A DNA stretch of 64,000 nucleotides from assembly GCA_051869955.1 (NCBI GenBank), contig JBJEBJ010000010.1:10334-74333 (forward strand), read 5' to 3'. Of the stretch, positions 29,799-39,542 are shown one piece after another (the first letter of the stretch is position 1; every line of letters starts with the position of its first letter). Made by a program: the position numbers and the translations under genes. This stretch comes from Candidatus Cryptobacteroides sp. Lineage in GTDB: Bacteria > Bacteroidota > Bacteroidia > Bacteroidales > UBA932. Below the pieces are notes generated by a model. The model was not told where the DNA came from and made no database searches. It saw nothing but the letters and a program-made list of their open reading frames with translations.

Positions 29799-30746
29799 AT
29801 GAAACTTATCGGAACTGGAAGCGCGATTCCATCAAAAGTCGTGACAAACGCCATGCTGTCGGAATTCCTCGACACCGGGGACGAATGGATAATTCCCCGC
29901 ACCGGAATTGAAAGCAGGCACGTAATCACAAACGAGACAGTGGAGGATCTTGGAGCCGACGCCTGCCGCAGAGCATTGGATATGGCCGGACTCAGGCCGG
30001 AGGAGATAGACTTCTTCATCTGTTCCAATGTCGTAAACGAATATATCACCCCGAGCCTGAGCTGCATAATCGCCGAAAAGATCGGTCTCACCTGCCCGTG
30101 CATCGACATCAACTGCGCATGTCCGGGCTTCATTTATGCAATGGAGATTGCAGAGACGCATTTCCTCGCCGGAAAAGTCAGGAACGTGCTCATAGTCAGC
30201 GCAGAAGAGCCTACCAGAATGACGGACTGGACTGATCGGTCCACGTGTGTACTGTTCGGGGATGGAGCCGGAGCAGCCGTGTTCACGAAGGGTGACAACC
30301 TGAAAGGGATCAGGCTGAATGCCAGGCCGGACTCCACCAAAATCTGGCAGAAACGCACACTAATGCCTACCCCGTACATCACCAAGGAGGAGTCCGACGT
30401 ACCTCTCCAGATGAGGGGCAAGGAGGTGTTCAAGTTCGCCGTGGGGGCATCCACGACCGAGGTCGAAGCCCTGCTCGAAGAAGTCGGCCTCACCAAGTCG
30501 GACGTCAGCTACTATATGGTGCACCAGGCCAACCTGCGCATCATCGACGCTATAAAAAAGTACCTCGACGAGCCGGATTCCAAGTTCCCGGTGAACATCA
30601 GGGATCACGGCAATTCGTCTTCCGCATCCTGCGCCATCCTGCTTGACGAGTGCAACAGGGCAGGTCTCTTCAAGAGCGGTGACATATTGGTATTCAGCGC
30701 GTTCGGGGCCGGGCTCCTGTCCGCAGCAGCAGTCCTCGAATGGTAG
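29799..30746 (+). CDS. fabH: 3-oxoacyl-ACP synthase III
   Basis: WIIPRTGIESR, catalytic Cys in INCACPGF, DRSTCVLFGDGAGA, HQANLRII, HGNSSSAS and FGAGL. Confidence 0.92.
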   Translation: MKLIGTGSAIPSKVVTNAMLSEFLDTGDEWIIPRTGIESRHVITNETVEDLGADACRRALDMAGLRPEEIDFFICSNVVNEYITPSLSCIIAEKIGLTCPCIDINCACPGFIYAMEIAETHFLAGKVRNVLIVSAEEPTRMTDWTDRSTCVLFGDGAGAAVFTKGDNLKGIRLNARPDSTKIWQKRTLMPTPYITKEESDVPLQMRGKEVFKFAVGASTTEVEALLEEVGLTKSDVSYYMVHQANLRIIDAIKKYLDEPDSKFPVNIRDHGNSSSASCAILLDECNRAGLFKSGDILVFSAFGAGLLSAAAVLEW

Positions 30747-30794
30747 AATAAATAATTTTTGTAACTTTGCAGATTGTAATAAAACCTATATCTT

Positions 30795-31742
30795 ATGATC
30801 AAAAGTGTAATTTGTGATATCCTTGGGATAAAATATCCTTTGTTCCAGGGAGGAATGGCCTGGATAGCCGATGCAAAGCTTGCCGCTGCCGTGTCAAACG
30901 CCGGTGGACTGGGCCTTATCTCATCAATCAACTTCGGCACTGAAGCCGTAAGAGCAGAAATCCGCAAATGCAGGGAACTTACAGACAAACCTTTCGGAGT
31001 CAACATCATGCTTGCCGCACCAAACGCGGCCGAGATAGCCGACATGGTCATCGAGGAAGGCGTGAAGATTCTCACCACCGGAGCAGGCTCCCCTTCCGCC
31101 TACATGGAGAAATGGAAGGCAGCCGGCATCAAGGTGATTCCTGTAGTGGCATCCGTGGCATACGCCCTCAAGATGCAGGAACTCGGCGCCACTGCAGTAG
31201 TTGCTGAAGGTGCTGAATCAGGCGGACATGTAGGTGACAACCACACGATGGCTCTCGTGCCCCAGATCATTGACGCCCTCGATATCCCTGTACTCGCTGC
31301 CGGCGGAATTTTCGACGGAAGAGGAGCAGCTGCCGCATTCATGTTCGGTGCCGTGGGAGTCCAGGTCGGAACCAGATTCCTCGTGGCTGACGAATGCTGC
31401 GTACATCCTAATTACAAGGAAAAGCTCATCAAGGCTTCCGACGTCAGCACAATGGTCACCGGAAAATCATTCGGAGATGCAGTGCGCTGCCTCAAGAACC
31501 CGTTCGCGAAGAAATTCTTCAAGATGGAATACGACCCGGCAGTGTCCAAGGAGGAAGTGCTGGAGTTCGGCAAGGGTTCTCTCCGCAAAGCCGTATTCGA
31601 CGGTGACAACAGCATGGGAAGCTTCCTTGCCGGTGAAGTGGCCGGAATGGTCACCAAAACCGAGCCTGCCGAGGCAATTGTGAAAGACATAATGGAAGGA
31701 GCCGAGAAACTCCTGAGAAATGCACCTGCGCTTCTCGCCTGA
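30795..31742 (+). CDS. fabK: Enoyl-ACP reductase II (nitronate monooxygenase family)
   Basis: YPLFQGGMAWIA, AVSNAGGLG, KPFGVNIML, EGAESGGHVG, AAGGIFDGRG and QVGTRFL, within a fab cluster. Confidence 0.85.
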   Translation: MIKSVICDILGIKYPLFQGGMAWIADAKLAAAVSNAGGLGLISSINFGTEAVRAEIRKCRELTDKPFGVNIMLAAPNAAEIADMVIEEGVKILTTGAGSPSAYMEKWKAAGIKVIPVVASVAYALKMQELGATAVVAEGAESGGHVGDNHTMALVPQIIDALDIPVLAAGGIFDGRGAAAAFMFGAVGVQVGTRFLVADECCVHPNYKEKLIKASDVSTMVTGKSFGDAVRCLKNPFAKKFFKMEYDPAVSKEEVLEFGKGSLRKAVFDGDNSMGSFLAGEVAGMVTKTEPAEAIVKDIMEGAEKLLRNAPALLA

Positions 31743-31776
31743 GTTTCCGGCACCTATAATTTAATCTGAAAAAATA

Positions 31777-33036
31777 ATGGCAAAAAGAGTAGTAGTAACA
31801 GGAATGGGTATCATCTCCCCAATCGGAAATGATATCGAGACATACTGGAATAGCCTTGTGAACGGTGTATGCGGTATCGATTTTATCGACACTTTCCCTA
31901 CCGACAAGCTTCCGGTGAAAATCGCAGGCAAAGTGAAAAACTTCAAGCCTGAGGAGTACGGCATCGACAAGCCTTTCAGCAGGAAACAGGATTTGTTCAC
32001 CCAGTACGGAGTCGCAGCTGCCTGGCAAGCAATGCAGCAGTCCGGGCTGAAGACTGAAGGCGAAGACCAGAATATCGACCCGTTCAGGCTCGGTGTCTAT
32101 GTTGGCTCCGGCATCGGTGGTTTCGAGATTCAGTACAGGGAGACCGCCAAGATGATAGAGGACCCTTCAGGACAGTGGGTATCGCCGCTCTTCATCCCTA
32201 CCATGATTTCCAACATCGCAGCCGGACATATCGCCATCAGGCATCATGCGAACGGCCCGACCATTGACGTGGTGACCGCCTGCGCGACATCCACGAACAA
32301 TATCGGGGAGGCTTTCAGGGCCATCAAGCACGGATATGCCGACGCTATCATCGCCGGAGGATGCGAGAATGCGACAATTCCTCTCGGAATCGCAGGCTTC
32401 GCCAATGCAAAGGCACTCTCGCGCGCCGAGGATCCAAAATACGCTTCGCTTCCGTTCAATGCGAACAGGGGCGGTTTCGTGATGGGAGACGGTGCAGGCA
32501 TCATTGTCCTTGAGGAATATGAGCATGCAAAGGCCCGCGGGGCGAAGATTTTCGCCGAAATGGTCGGCTACGGCAATACCTGCGATGCATATCATTCGAC
32601 AGCGCCGAGGCCGGACGGAACGACTCAGGCCAAGTGTATCGAGCTCGCTCTCGAGGAGGCAGGATTCGACAAGGAGAAGGACAATCTCTATATCAACGCC
32701 CACGGAACGGGAACCAAGCTGAATGATGCAGCCGAGACCCTGGCTTACAAGATTGCCCTCGGGGACTTCGCATACAAGGCCCACATCAACTCCATCAAGT
32801 CGATGACAGGCCACATGCTTGGTGCCGCCGGTGCTGCCGAGGCTATTGCGACCATCCTTGCCCTGAAGAACGGCATCGTTCCTCCGACCATCAACCTCGA
32901 CACTCCTGATCCTGAGTGCGATCTGGACTACACGCCGAACAAGGCCGTGAAGTCCGACATCAATATCGGAATCTCGGATTCTCTCGGCTTCGGCGGACAC
33001 GATGCATGCGTGGCCTTCAGGAAATACGAAGAATAA
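31777..33036 (+). CDS. fabF: 3-oxoacyl-ACP synthase II
   Basis: RVVVTGMG, GSGIGG, TACATS (Cys), INAHGTGT (His), KSMTGHMLGAAG (His) and GFGGHD. Confidence 0.95.
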   Translation: MAKRVVVTGMGIISPIGNDIETYWNSLVNGVCGIDFIDTFPTDKLPVKIAGKVKNFKPEEYGIDKPFSRKQDLFTQYGVAAAWQAMQQSGLKTEGEDQNIDPFRLGVYVGSGIGGFEIQYRETAKMIEDPSGQWVSPLFIPTMISNIAAGHIAIRHHANGPTIDVVTACATSTNNIGEAFRAIKHGYADAIIAGGCENATIPLGIAGFANAKALSRAEDPKYASLPFNANRGGFVMGDGAGIIVLEEYEHAKARGAKIFAEMVGYGNTCDAYHSTAPRPDGTTQAKCIELALEEAGFDKEKDNLYINAHGTGTKLNDAAETLAYKIALGDFAYKAHINSIKSMTGHMLGAAGAAEAIATILALKNGIVPPTINLDTPDPECDLDYTPNKAVKSDINIGISDSLGFGGHDACVAFRKYEE

Positions 33037-33064
33037 TGACTGACTGTACTAAAACCTGTATAAG

Positions 33065-33484
33065 ATGAACAAAGAAGAAATCAAACAGTTTCTGCCTCAC
33101 AGGGAGCCTATGCTCCTCGTCGACGAGGCCGAGATTGACGAAAACGGACTTGCGCATTGCAAGTACACGATCAAGGAAGACGAATTCTTCACCCGGGGAC
33201 ATTTCCCTGGAAACCCTATCGTTCCTGGCGTAATCCAGTGCGAGATCATGGCCCAGAGCTGCGCCATCATGGTCAAGGAGGACATCCCGGGCCATCTCAC
33301 CCTTTATGCCGGAATCGACAAGGTCCGCTTCAAGAATCCGGTTAAGCCGGGTGATGTCTGCGAGATTACCGCCAGGCTCATAGAGAAGCGCGGCTCCCTC
33401 TATTTCTGCGCCGCAAAGCTCGAAGTGGGCGGCAAGCTCTGCTGCAAAGGTGAACTCACCTTCGCCCTCATCCCGAAAGAGTAA
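33065..33484 (+). CDS. fabZ: 3-hydroxyacyl-ACP dehydratase (stand-alone)
   Basis: LPHREPMLLVD, GHFPGNPIVPGVIQCEIMAQ (His/Glu dyad) and RFKNPVKPGD. Confidence 0.9.
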   Translation: MNKEEIKQFLPHREPMLLVDEAEIDENGLAHCKYTIKEDEFFTRGHFPGNPIVPGVIQCEIMAQSCAIMVKEDIPGHLTLYAGIDKVRFKNPVKPGDVCEITARLIEKRGSLYFCAAKLEVGGKLCCKGELTFALIPKE

Positions 33485-33519
33485 CCCATACGGCCGTCAC
33501 ATCCTGATCGCCGTCCATC

Positions 33520-33555
33520 AAAAGGCCTGACTGATTTCCTCAGCCAGGCCTTTTT
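33520..33555 (+). terminator. Rho-independent terminator after fabZ
   Basis: AAAAGGCCTGACTGA-TTTCC-TCAGCCAGGCCTTTTT; potentially bidirectional. Confidence 0.8.
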
Positions 33556-33663
33556 ATAATATAGGCTGTTTTAACATATCCTGCACTGACAGTTGGCGAT
33601 TTGATTTACGACAAATTGAAAACTTTTATGTAGATTTGCATTATCGGCAAGAAAGGAGGAATT

Positions 33664-35205
33664 ATGCTTTATCCGATTGGAATACAGAGTTTTTCTGAAA
33701 TCAGGGAGAACGGATATGTCTATGTAGACAAGACCGGACTGATGTACAAGATGGTGAAAGAAGGGAAGTACTATTTCCTTTCGAGGCCGCGACGTTTCGG
33801 CAAAAGCCTGCTTATCAGCACGTTGGAGGCGTATTTCCTCGGAAAGAAAGAATTGTTCGAGGGCCTGGCCGTGGCGGAGGTGGAGAAAGACTGGGTGGAG
33901 TATCCGGTGCTGCATCTGGATTTGAATACTCAGAAATATACGACTCCGGAAGCTCTGAACAATGTCTTGAATGTTGCTCTTGAACAGTGGGAAGAGACTT
34001 ATGGCAGGAATAATGTCGAGACTGAGTTTCCATTGAGATTTCAAGGAGTCATCCGCCGCGCCAAGGAAAAGACTGGTCGCAACGTAGTCATTCTCGTCGA
34101 CGAATACGACAAACCGATGCTTCAGGCCATTTGTAACGAAGCGCTCCAGCAGGAGTACCGCAGCACATTGAAGGGGTTCTACGGGGCATTGAAGAGCATG
34201 GACTCCTGCATCAAGTTCGCCCTGCTGACAGGCGTCACCAAGTTCGGGAAAGTCAGCGTGTTCAGCGACCTGAACAATCTCAACGACATTTCGATGGACC
34301 ACCGCTACTATGACCTCTGCGGAATCTCCGAAGCCGACCTGCATCAATATTTTGACGATGAAATAAACGGCCTCGCCCGTGCAAACGGCCAGACATTCAA
34401 GCAGGCATGCGAACAGTTGAGACTTGACTATGACGGATATCATTTCACTTATGATACCCCGGGGATGTACAATCCGTTCAGTATCCTGAACACTCTTTCA
34501 AAGCAGCGATACGGCAGCTACTGGTTCGAGACCGGCACACCTACATTCCTCGTCGAACTTCTCCAGAAAGCTGACTTCAATCTGGAACAGATGTCCAGTA
34601 TGGAGGCTGACGCCGATACACTCGGGAGCATCTTCAATGACGACAATCCTATTCCTGTCATCTATCAGAGCGGGTATCTGACGATAAAGGATTATGATAG
34701 CGAATTCGGACTTTACAAGCTCGGTTTCCCGAACCGGGAGGTCGAGAACGGATTCCTGAAATTCCTCCTGCCATTCTATACGGCAAAACGTAATACCTCA
34801 TCCGCATTCGAAATCAGCAAATTCGTGGCAGACATCAAATCCGGCAATGCGGAGGGCTTCATGCAGCGCCTCCAGTCTTTCTTCGCCGGTGCGAAGTCTG
34901 ACCAGATTGCCAAGGACACCGAGAACTGGTTCCAGAACGTGGTCTTCATCGTGACCAGCCTCTGCGGCCTGTATATCGAGGCCGAGCACCAGACCAGCAA
35001 CGGCCGCATTGACCTGCTCCTGAAGACGGACAAATACATCTACATAATGGAGCTCAAGTACGATGGCTCAGCCGAAGAGGCCCTCAGGCAGATTGACGAG
35101 AATGGCTATGCTCTTCCTTGGCAGGCCGACGGCCGCACCGTCATCAAGGTCGGGGCCAACTTCAGTTAATCGCTCAGGCGAATAGAGAAGTGGGTAGTGT
35201 GCTGA
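33664..35205 (+). CDS. AAA-ATPase-like + PD-(D/E)XK nuclease protein with an in-frame TAA at 35167-69, 12 codons before the apparent true end
   Basis: YPIGIQSF, YVDKT, SRPRRFGKS, LVDEYDKP, YNPFS, YWFETGTP and GRIDL...IMELK..QI...GYA. After GANFS* the frame continues SLRRIEKWVVC*, which resembles the family C-terminus. Confidence 0.85.
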
Positions 35206-35244
35206 CAGAAGCCTCATGATAACGACCTGAAAGGGCTTGACAGG

Positions 35245-35706
35245 TTATTCGTGCGTGGCGAAGCGCTGTTCTGCGAGGCGCTCCCATTTGGTGCCGGGAC
35301 GGCCGTAGTTGGCGTAAGGGTATATGGAAATACCTCCGCGAGGGGTGAAGAGACCGGTAACCTCGATGTATTTCGGGTCCATCAGGCGGATCAGGTCCTT
35401 CATGATTTTGTTAACGCAGTCCTCGTGGAAATCGCCGTGGTTCCTGAAACTGAAAAGATAGAGTTTCAGGCTCTTGCTCTCGACCATCCTGCGGTCCGGG
35501 ACATAGCTGATGCGGATTTCTGCGAAATCGGGCTGTCCGGTAATCGGGCAAAGGCTCGTGAACTCCGGGCAATTGAAACGCACCCAATAGTCATTGTCGG
35601 GATGCTTGTTCTCAAAAGTCTCAAGCACTTCCGGAGCATAATCCATCTTGTATTCGGTCTTATTTCCAAGGGACTGCAGGCCCTCAAGTTCTCTTCCTTC
35701 TGACAT
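35245..35706 (-). CDS. queF: NADPH-dependent 7-cyano-7-deazaguanine reductase (preQ1 synthase)
   Basis: [16 protein letters not shown], QueF motif [15 protein letters not shown] and TPRGGI. Start taken at MSEGRE. Confidence 0.95.
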   Translation of the reverse strand: MSEGRELEGLQSLGNKTEYKMDYAPEVLETFENKHPDNDYWVRFNCPEFTSLCPITGQPDFAEIRISYVPDRRMVESKSLKLYLFSFRNHGDFHEDCVNKIMKDLIRLMDPKYIEVTGLFTPRGGISIYPYANYGRPGTKWERLAEQRFATHE

Positions 35707-35766
35707 ATTGATAAAAATTATTTTCCGCCGGCAGTGTGCCATGACCGGCGGGGATTCGTACAATTA

Positions 35767-36444
35767 TTATAAATCGGTGATTCTAAACGGATTATATGAG
35801 ATATTCTCATCATATTCATCCACTCCCTCATAACGTTTGAGGGCTTTGACGACGGCCGCGGTCACAGGGAGGATGACAATCTCATAGCATACCTTGAACG
35901 TCACCTGTGCGAGCATCATCCAGGCGAGAGCCCTGAACGGAGTGCCCCAGAAGACTATCGGCATGAATATCAGGGAGTCAAGCAGCTCGCCTGCAATGGA
36001 CGACACAATGGCCCTGACTGAGAAGGCCTTGCCTTTCGAGGCAATCTTCATCTTGCTGATTACGAAGGAGTTCAATGTTGAGCCGGCGAGGAAGGCGAGG
36101 AGAGAGGCGAAGGCTACTCTCGGGGCCATGGTGAAAACGTAGTTGAAATGTTCCGCTCCGTCCCAGAAGGATGCTCCGGGGAGCAATGCGACCAACTGCC
36201 CGGCAACGGCGACGAAGAAGTTCATCGCGAATGCTGTCCATATCACGAGGCGGGCTTTTCTGTATCCCCAGACTTCGGTGAAGCAGTCGTTGAGAATGTA
36301 GGATAACGGGAATATCACGACGGCGCCGGGAAGGGTGATGTTTCCCAATGCGAATACTTTTGTCGCGAAAAGGTTTGATGCGATGAGACATACTGTGAAG
36401 AGTATGGACATCAGCATGAAGGTTACTGATACTTTGCTTTTCAT
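35767..36444 (-). CDS. yhhQ: Queuosine precursor transporter (VUT/YhhQ family)
   Basis: LIASNLFATK, FPLSYILNDCFTEVWGY..AR, ASLLAFL.G and GELLDSLIF; upstream of queF. Confidence 0.9.
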   Translation of the reverse strand: MKSKVSVTFMLMSILFTVCLIASNLFATKVFALGNITLPGAVVIFPLSYILNDCFTEVWGYRKARLVIWTAFAMNFFVAVAGQLVALLPGASFWDGAEHFNYVFTMAPRVAFASLLAFLAGSTLNSFVISKMKIASKGKAFSVRAIVSSIAGELLDSLIFMPIVFWGTPFRALAWMMLAQVTFKVCYEIVILPVTAAVVKALKRYEGVDEYDENISYNPFRITDL

Positions 36445-36447
36445 TTT

Positions 36448-36476
36448 CTTGTTTTTATAGTGGTTACAAGCACACT
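36448..36476 (-). ncRNA. preQ1 class I riboswitch-like aptamer
   Basis: Minus strand AGTG-TGCTTGTAAC-CACT-ATAAAAA-CAAG gives a P1 stem, a loop and an A-rich tail, with CTTG/CAAG pseudoknot pairing. It ends 3 nt before the yhhQ ATG, upstream of yhhQ-queF. Confidence 0.78.
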
Positions 36477-36478
36477 GT

Positions 36479-36742
36479 TAATTCCCCCCAGCCCCCATTA
36501 CGGGGGTGTGGCGTCTTTGCGCCTTTCCGTATTTGCATTTTTTATCGTATGCCGGTGCAAATACCCGGCCCGACGCGGCGTCTGATGACGCCTCTGTAAT
36601 TCCCCCCAGCCCCCATTACGGGGGTGTGGCGCTTTATTCAATCCCCCCGACCCCCTTTTCAAGGGGGCGATCAGCGCTCCGTGCACACCATCAGCACAGG
36701 GCCGGCGCTTCGTTGTTCTGCGCGCGGCGTCTGATGACGCCT
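36479..36742. repeat. Tandemly duplicated REP-like palindromic unit
   Basis: The 35-mer TAATTCCCCCCAGCCCCCATTACGGGGGTGTGGCG is identical at 36479-36513 and 36597-36631, with a variant at 36640-36669. The 20-mer hairpin CGCGGCGTCTGATGACGCCT is identical at 36574-93 and 36723-42. Confidence 0.85.
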
Positions 36743-36820
36743 GGGTAATCCACGCTTGGATAGCCTGTATACCGGGAGGGCAATGTCTCATTTTGGAGGA
36801 CTTGCCGCCCTCGGCACTAG

Positions 36821-37041
36821 AGGGAGGGGCCCAAGCTCCGCTTGGGAGGGCCTGATCCGGAGAAATGAGGTATCATTCCGCCCATCAGGCATAGTAATCA
36901 GCATCAATATTCTACCTCGCCGGGGTATAATGGCAACTGTGGAGGTTCGCTTCGCTCATCCCTCCCAAGCTTGCGCTTGGGCCCCTCCCGTTCACGAGGT
37001 CACGGGCGACCACGCCTCCACCGTCGCCACTATAACCCGGC
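36821..37041. repeat. Inverted pair of REP-like cores, the second nested in a ~125-bp hairpin element
   Basis: GGGAGGGGCCCAAGCTCCGCTTGGGAGGG (from 36821) is the near reverse complement of CCCTCCCAAGCTTGCGCTTGGGCCCCTCCC (36960-89). Outer arms GCCGGGGTATAATGGCAACTGTGGAGG (36919-45) and CCTCCACCGTCGCCACTATAACCCGGC (37015-41) pair with each other. Confidence 0.8.
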
Positions 37042-37054
37042 TCACAGAAGGCAA

Positions 37055-38149
37055 TTATTCCCCGGCTTCCTTCAGGCGCTCGGCGTTCTCGGCGATCTGC
37101 AGCTGGTCAATGCACTCCTGGATGTCACCGTCCATGAAAACCGGAAGATTATACATCGACCAGTTGATACGATGATCCGTCACACGAGACTGCGGATAAT
37201 TGTACGTCCTGATCTTCGCGGAACGGTCACCCGTCGACACCATCGTCTTGCGCTTCGCAGCAATACCGTCAAGATACTTCTGATGCTCCATATTGTAAAG
37301 ACGCGTACGCAACTCCTCCAGCGCCCTGTCCAGATTCTTCAGCTGGGACCTCTCCTCCTGGCACTGAACCACGATACCCGAAGGAATATGCGTCAGGCGC
37401 ACCGCAGAATACGTTGTGTTCACTCCCTGTCCGCCAGGACCTGAAGAGCAGAACGTATCCTTACGTATATCATTCATATCCAAGTCAATATCGAACTCGT
37501 CCGCCTCCGGGAACACAGCCACCGAAGCAGCCGACGTCTGGATCCTGCCCTGAGTCTCCGTCTGCGGCACACGCTGCACGCGATGCACACCGGACTCATA
37601 CTTCATCGTCCCGTAAACCCCGTCAGTATTGGACGACAACTTGAACACAATCTGCTTGTAGCCTCCCGAAGTACCCGGAGCCTGGTCCGAAACCTCCAGT
37701 TTCCAGCCCTTGCTCTCGGCATATTTCGAATACATCCTGAACAAGTCGCCGGCGAAAATCGCCGCCTCGTCACCACCGGTACCGCCACGGATCTCCACCA
37801 TCGCATTCTTGCCGTCATCAGGATCGGAAGGGATCAGCAACAGCTTGATATTCTGCTCCATTTCCAGAATCTTCGGCTCTATCTCGGCAATCTCCTCACG
37901 AGCCATCTCGCGCAGATCCTCATCCTTCTCATTGGCCATGATATCCTTGGCAGAAGCAAGCTCCTCCACCATCTTCTTGTACTCGAGACCCGCCTGGATA
38001 ATCGGCTCAAGCTCCTTGTAATCCTTGTTCAGCTGCACGAACTTCTTCATGTCCGACATCACTGCCGGATCCGCCAGCTGAGCCTGGAGAGCCTGGTATT
38101 TATCCTGAAGGCCAAGCACCTTCTCAAGCAACGTATTATTATCTGCCAT
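37055..38149 (-). CDS. prfA: Peptide chain release factor 1
   Basis: [25 protein letters not shown] (PxT motif), [29 protein letters not shown]. Confidence 0.97.
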   Translation of the reverse strand: MADNNTLLEKVLGLQDKYQALQAQLADPAVMSDMKKFVQLNKDYKELEPIIQAGLEYKKMVEELASAKDIMANEKDEDLREMAREEIAEIEPKILEMEQNIKLLLIPSDPDDGKNAMVEIRGGTGGDEAAIFAGDLFRMYSKYAESKGWKLEVSDQAPGTSGGYKQIVFKLSSNTDGVYGTMKYESGVHRVQRVPQTETQGRIQTSAASVAVFPEADEFDIDLDMNDIRKDTFCSSGPGGQGVNTTYSAVRLTHIPSGIVVQCQEERSQLKNLDRALEELRTRLYNMEHQKYLDGIAAKRKTMVSTGDRSAKIRTYNYPQSRVTDHRINWSMYNLPVFMDGDIQECIDQLQIAENAERLKEAGE

Positions 38150-38191
38150 AATTACCTAAAATCGGCCACACGGCCATTAAAATTATTCATC

Positions 38192-39325
38192 TTAAACGAG
38201 ACTCTTCACATAGCAGCGACGCCTCATATAGAGCTCATGTTCATATTTGCCCCACACGTTAACTGCCCCGTTTGTCTCAATCTGGGGATTCGAAATCGCC
38301 CATACGGTTCCGCATTTCTTGTATTTGTCCGCCATCGAACAATGGAAAATTGCGCTCACGCCCTTGTTCTGCCACTGCGGAACAGCTCCGTTCAACATCA
38401 GGTCCACTGTCTCGTAATTGTGCATTGCCTTCAGAAGATGAAACCAGCCGAACGGGAACAACTTGCCCTTTGCCTTCTGCAAAGCCCTGGACATGAACGG
38501 GAAAGCAATACCGAACGCCACCAGCTTATTGTCCTCGTCCAGCACGATACTGCTCACCTTGTCGTTGATGAACGGCATGCAAACCTTCGCCTCATGATCT
38601 ATCTCCTTGTCCGTGAACGGAATAAAATTGTACACGGTAGAGACGAAACTCTCATTGTACACCTTGAAGAAATACTTCACCAAATCTTTGTCTTTCTTGA
38701 GCTTGTCGAGACAACCCTCATGGAGATTGTACCTCTCCTTCAGCATCCCGGCAATCCTTGTCATCTTGTCAGGACATCCCTGATTCGATATCATCTTGTA
38801 CTGAAGCCAGTCACATTCCTTCTCGTATCCGAGAGCCGTGACAAGCTCATTGTAATACGGATAGTTGTACAGGCAATTGAACGGCGGAATGTTCTCAAAC
38901 CCCTCCACGAGCATTCCCTGCTTGCCCAACGTGTTGTAATACAACGGGCCGTGAACCTCGGTCATGCCGTTCTCCTTCGCCCATGCCTCGGCCGTTTCCA
39001 GCAGGAGACGCGCCACCTCGATGTCATTGATCGTATCGAACCAGCCGAACCTCGCCCTTTTCTTGGAATACAGCTCGTTATATCTCGGATTAATCATGCC
39101 GCAGATTCTCCCCACGACCTTCTTTCCGTCCATCGCAATCCACATCCTGCGTGTGCAATAATCCAGAGCCGGATCTTTCGTCAGGCTCTCGACCTGATCC
39201 ACATGAAGAGGCGGAACATACTGGGGACAATTCCGGTACAATTCATCAGGAAACTTTATGAACTGTTTCAATTCCTTGCGGGTCCTGACCTCTACGATTC
39301 TGTAACAAGGTTTATTTTCAGGCAT
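38192..39325 (-). CDS. GNAT-like N-acetyltransferase (YghO-like)
   Basis: FIKFP.ELY, VVGRICG.IN, RFGWFD, G.L.EGF, YNYPYY, GKLFPFGW and V.PQWQNKG. Confidence 0.78.
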   Translation of the reverse strand: MPENKPCYRIVEVRTRKELKQFIKFPDELYRNCPQYVPPLHVDQVESLTKDPALDYCTRRMWIAMDGKKVVGRICGMINPRYNELYSKKRARFGWFDTINDIEVARLLLETAEAWAKENGMTEVHGPLYYNTLGKQGMLVEGFENIPPFNCLYNYPYYNELVTALGYEKECDWLQYKMISNQGCPDKMTRIAGMLKERYNLHEGCLDKLKKDKDLVKYFFKVYNESFVSTVYNFIPFTDKEIDHEAKVCMPFINDKVSSIVLDEDNKLVAFGIAFPFMSRALQKAKGKLFPFGWFHLLKAMHNYETVDLMLNGAVPQWQNKGVSAIFHCSMADKYKKCGTVWAISNPQIETNGAVNVWGKYEHELYMRRRCYVKSLV

Positions 39326-39542
39326 ACTTTATGTATTTCTGTTCAGTACAACGTCGACCCTTCAAGCCGGGTCTTTGCAATTAACCCACAAAATTAAGAA
39401 AATATTCACATTGTAACAAATACATTATTTTTTTGACAATAGACGATAATTCAGTATATTCGCAAATAGAAGCCGAAAATAACAATTTTGTGTTCCTAAA
39501 GGACAATTTTTCGGAACACACTGACGAAAAAGAAACAGAAAA

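Noticed and set aside
36479-36669. 35-bp direct repeats as a CRISPR array
   Set aside because: Only two exact copies, an 83-nt structured spacer containing another repeat, and no cas genes.
36574-36742. CTGATGA motifs as hammerhead ribozyme cores
   Set aside because: CTGATGA sits within a GGCGTC/GACGCC hairpin and is not followed by stem II and GAAA.
37583-39397. 604-aa plus-strand ORF
   Set aside because: Antisense shadow of prfA and the GNAT gene with no motifs. The same applies to other long antisense ORFs (23990-24964, 32167-33000, 43467-44474, 51717-52670, 52982-54145, 54823-55737).
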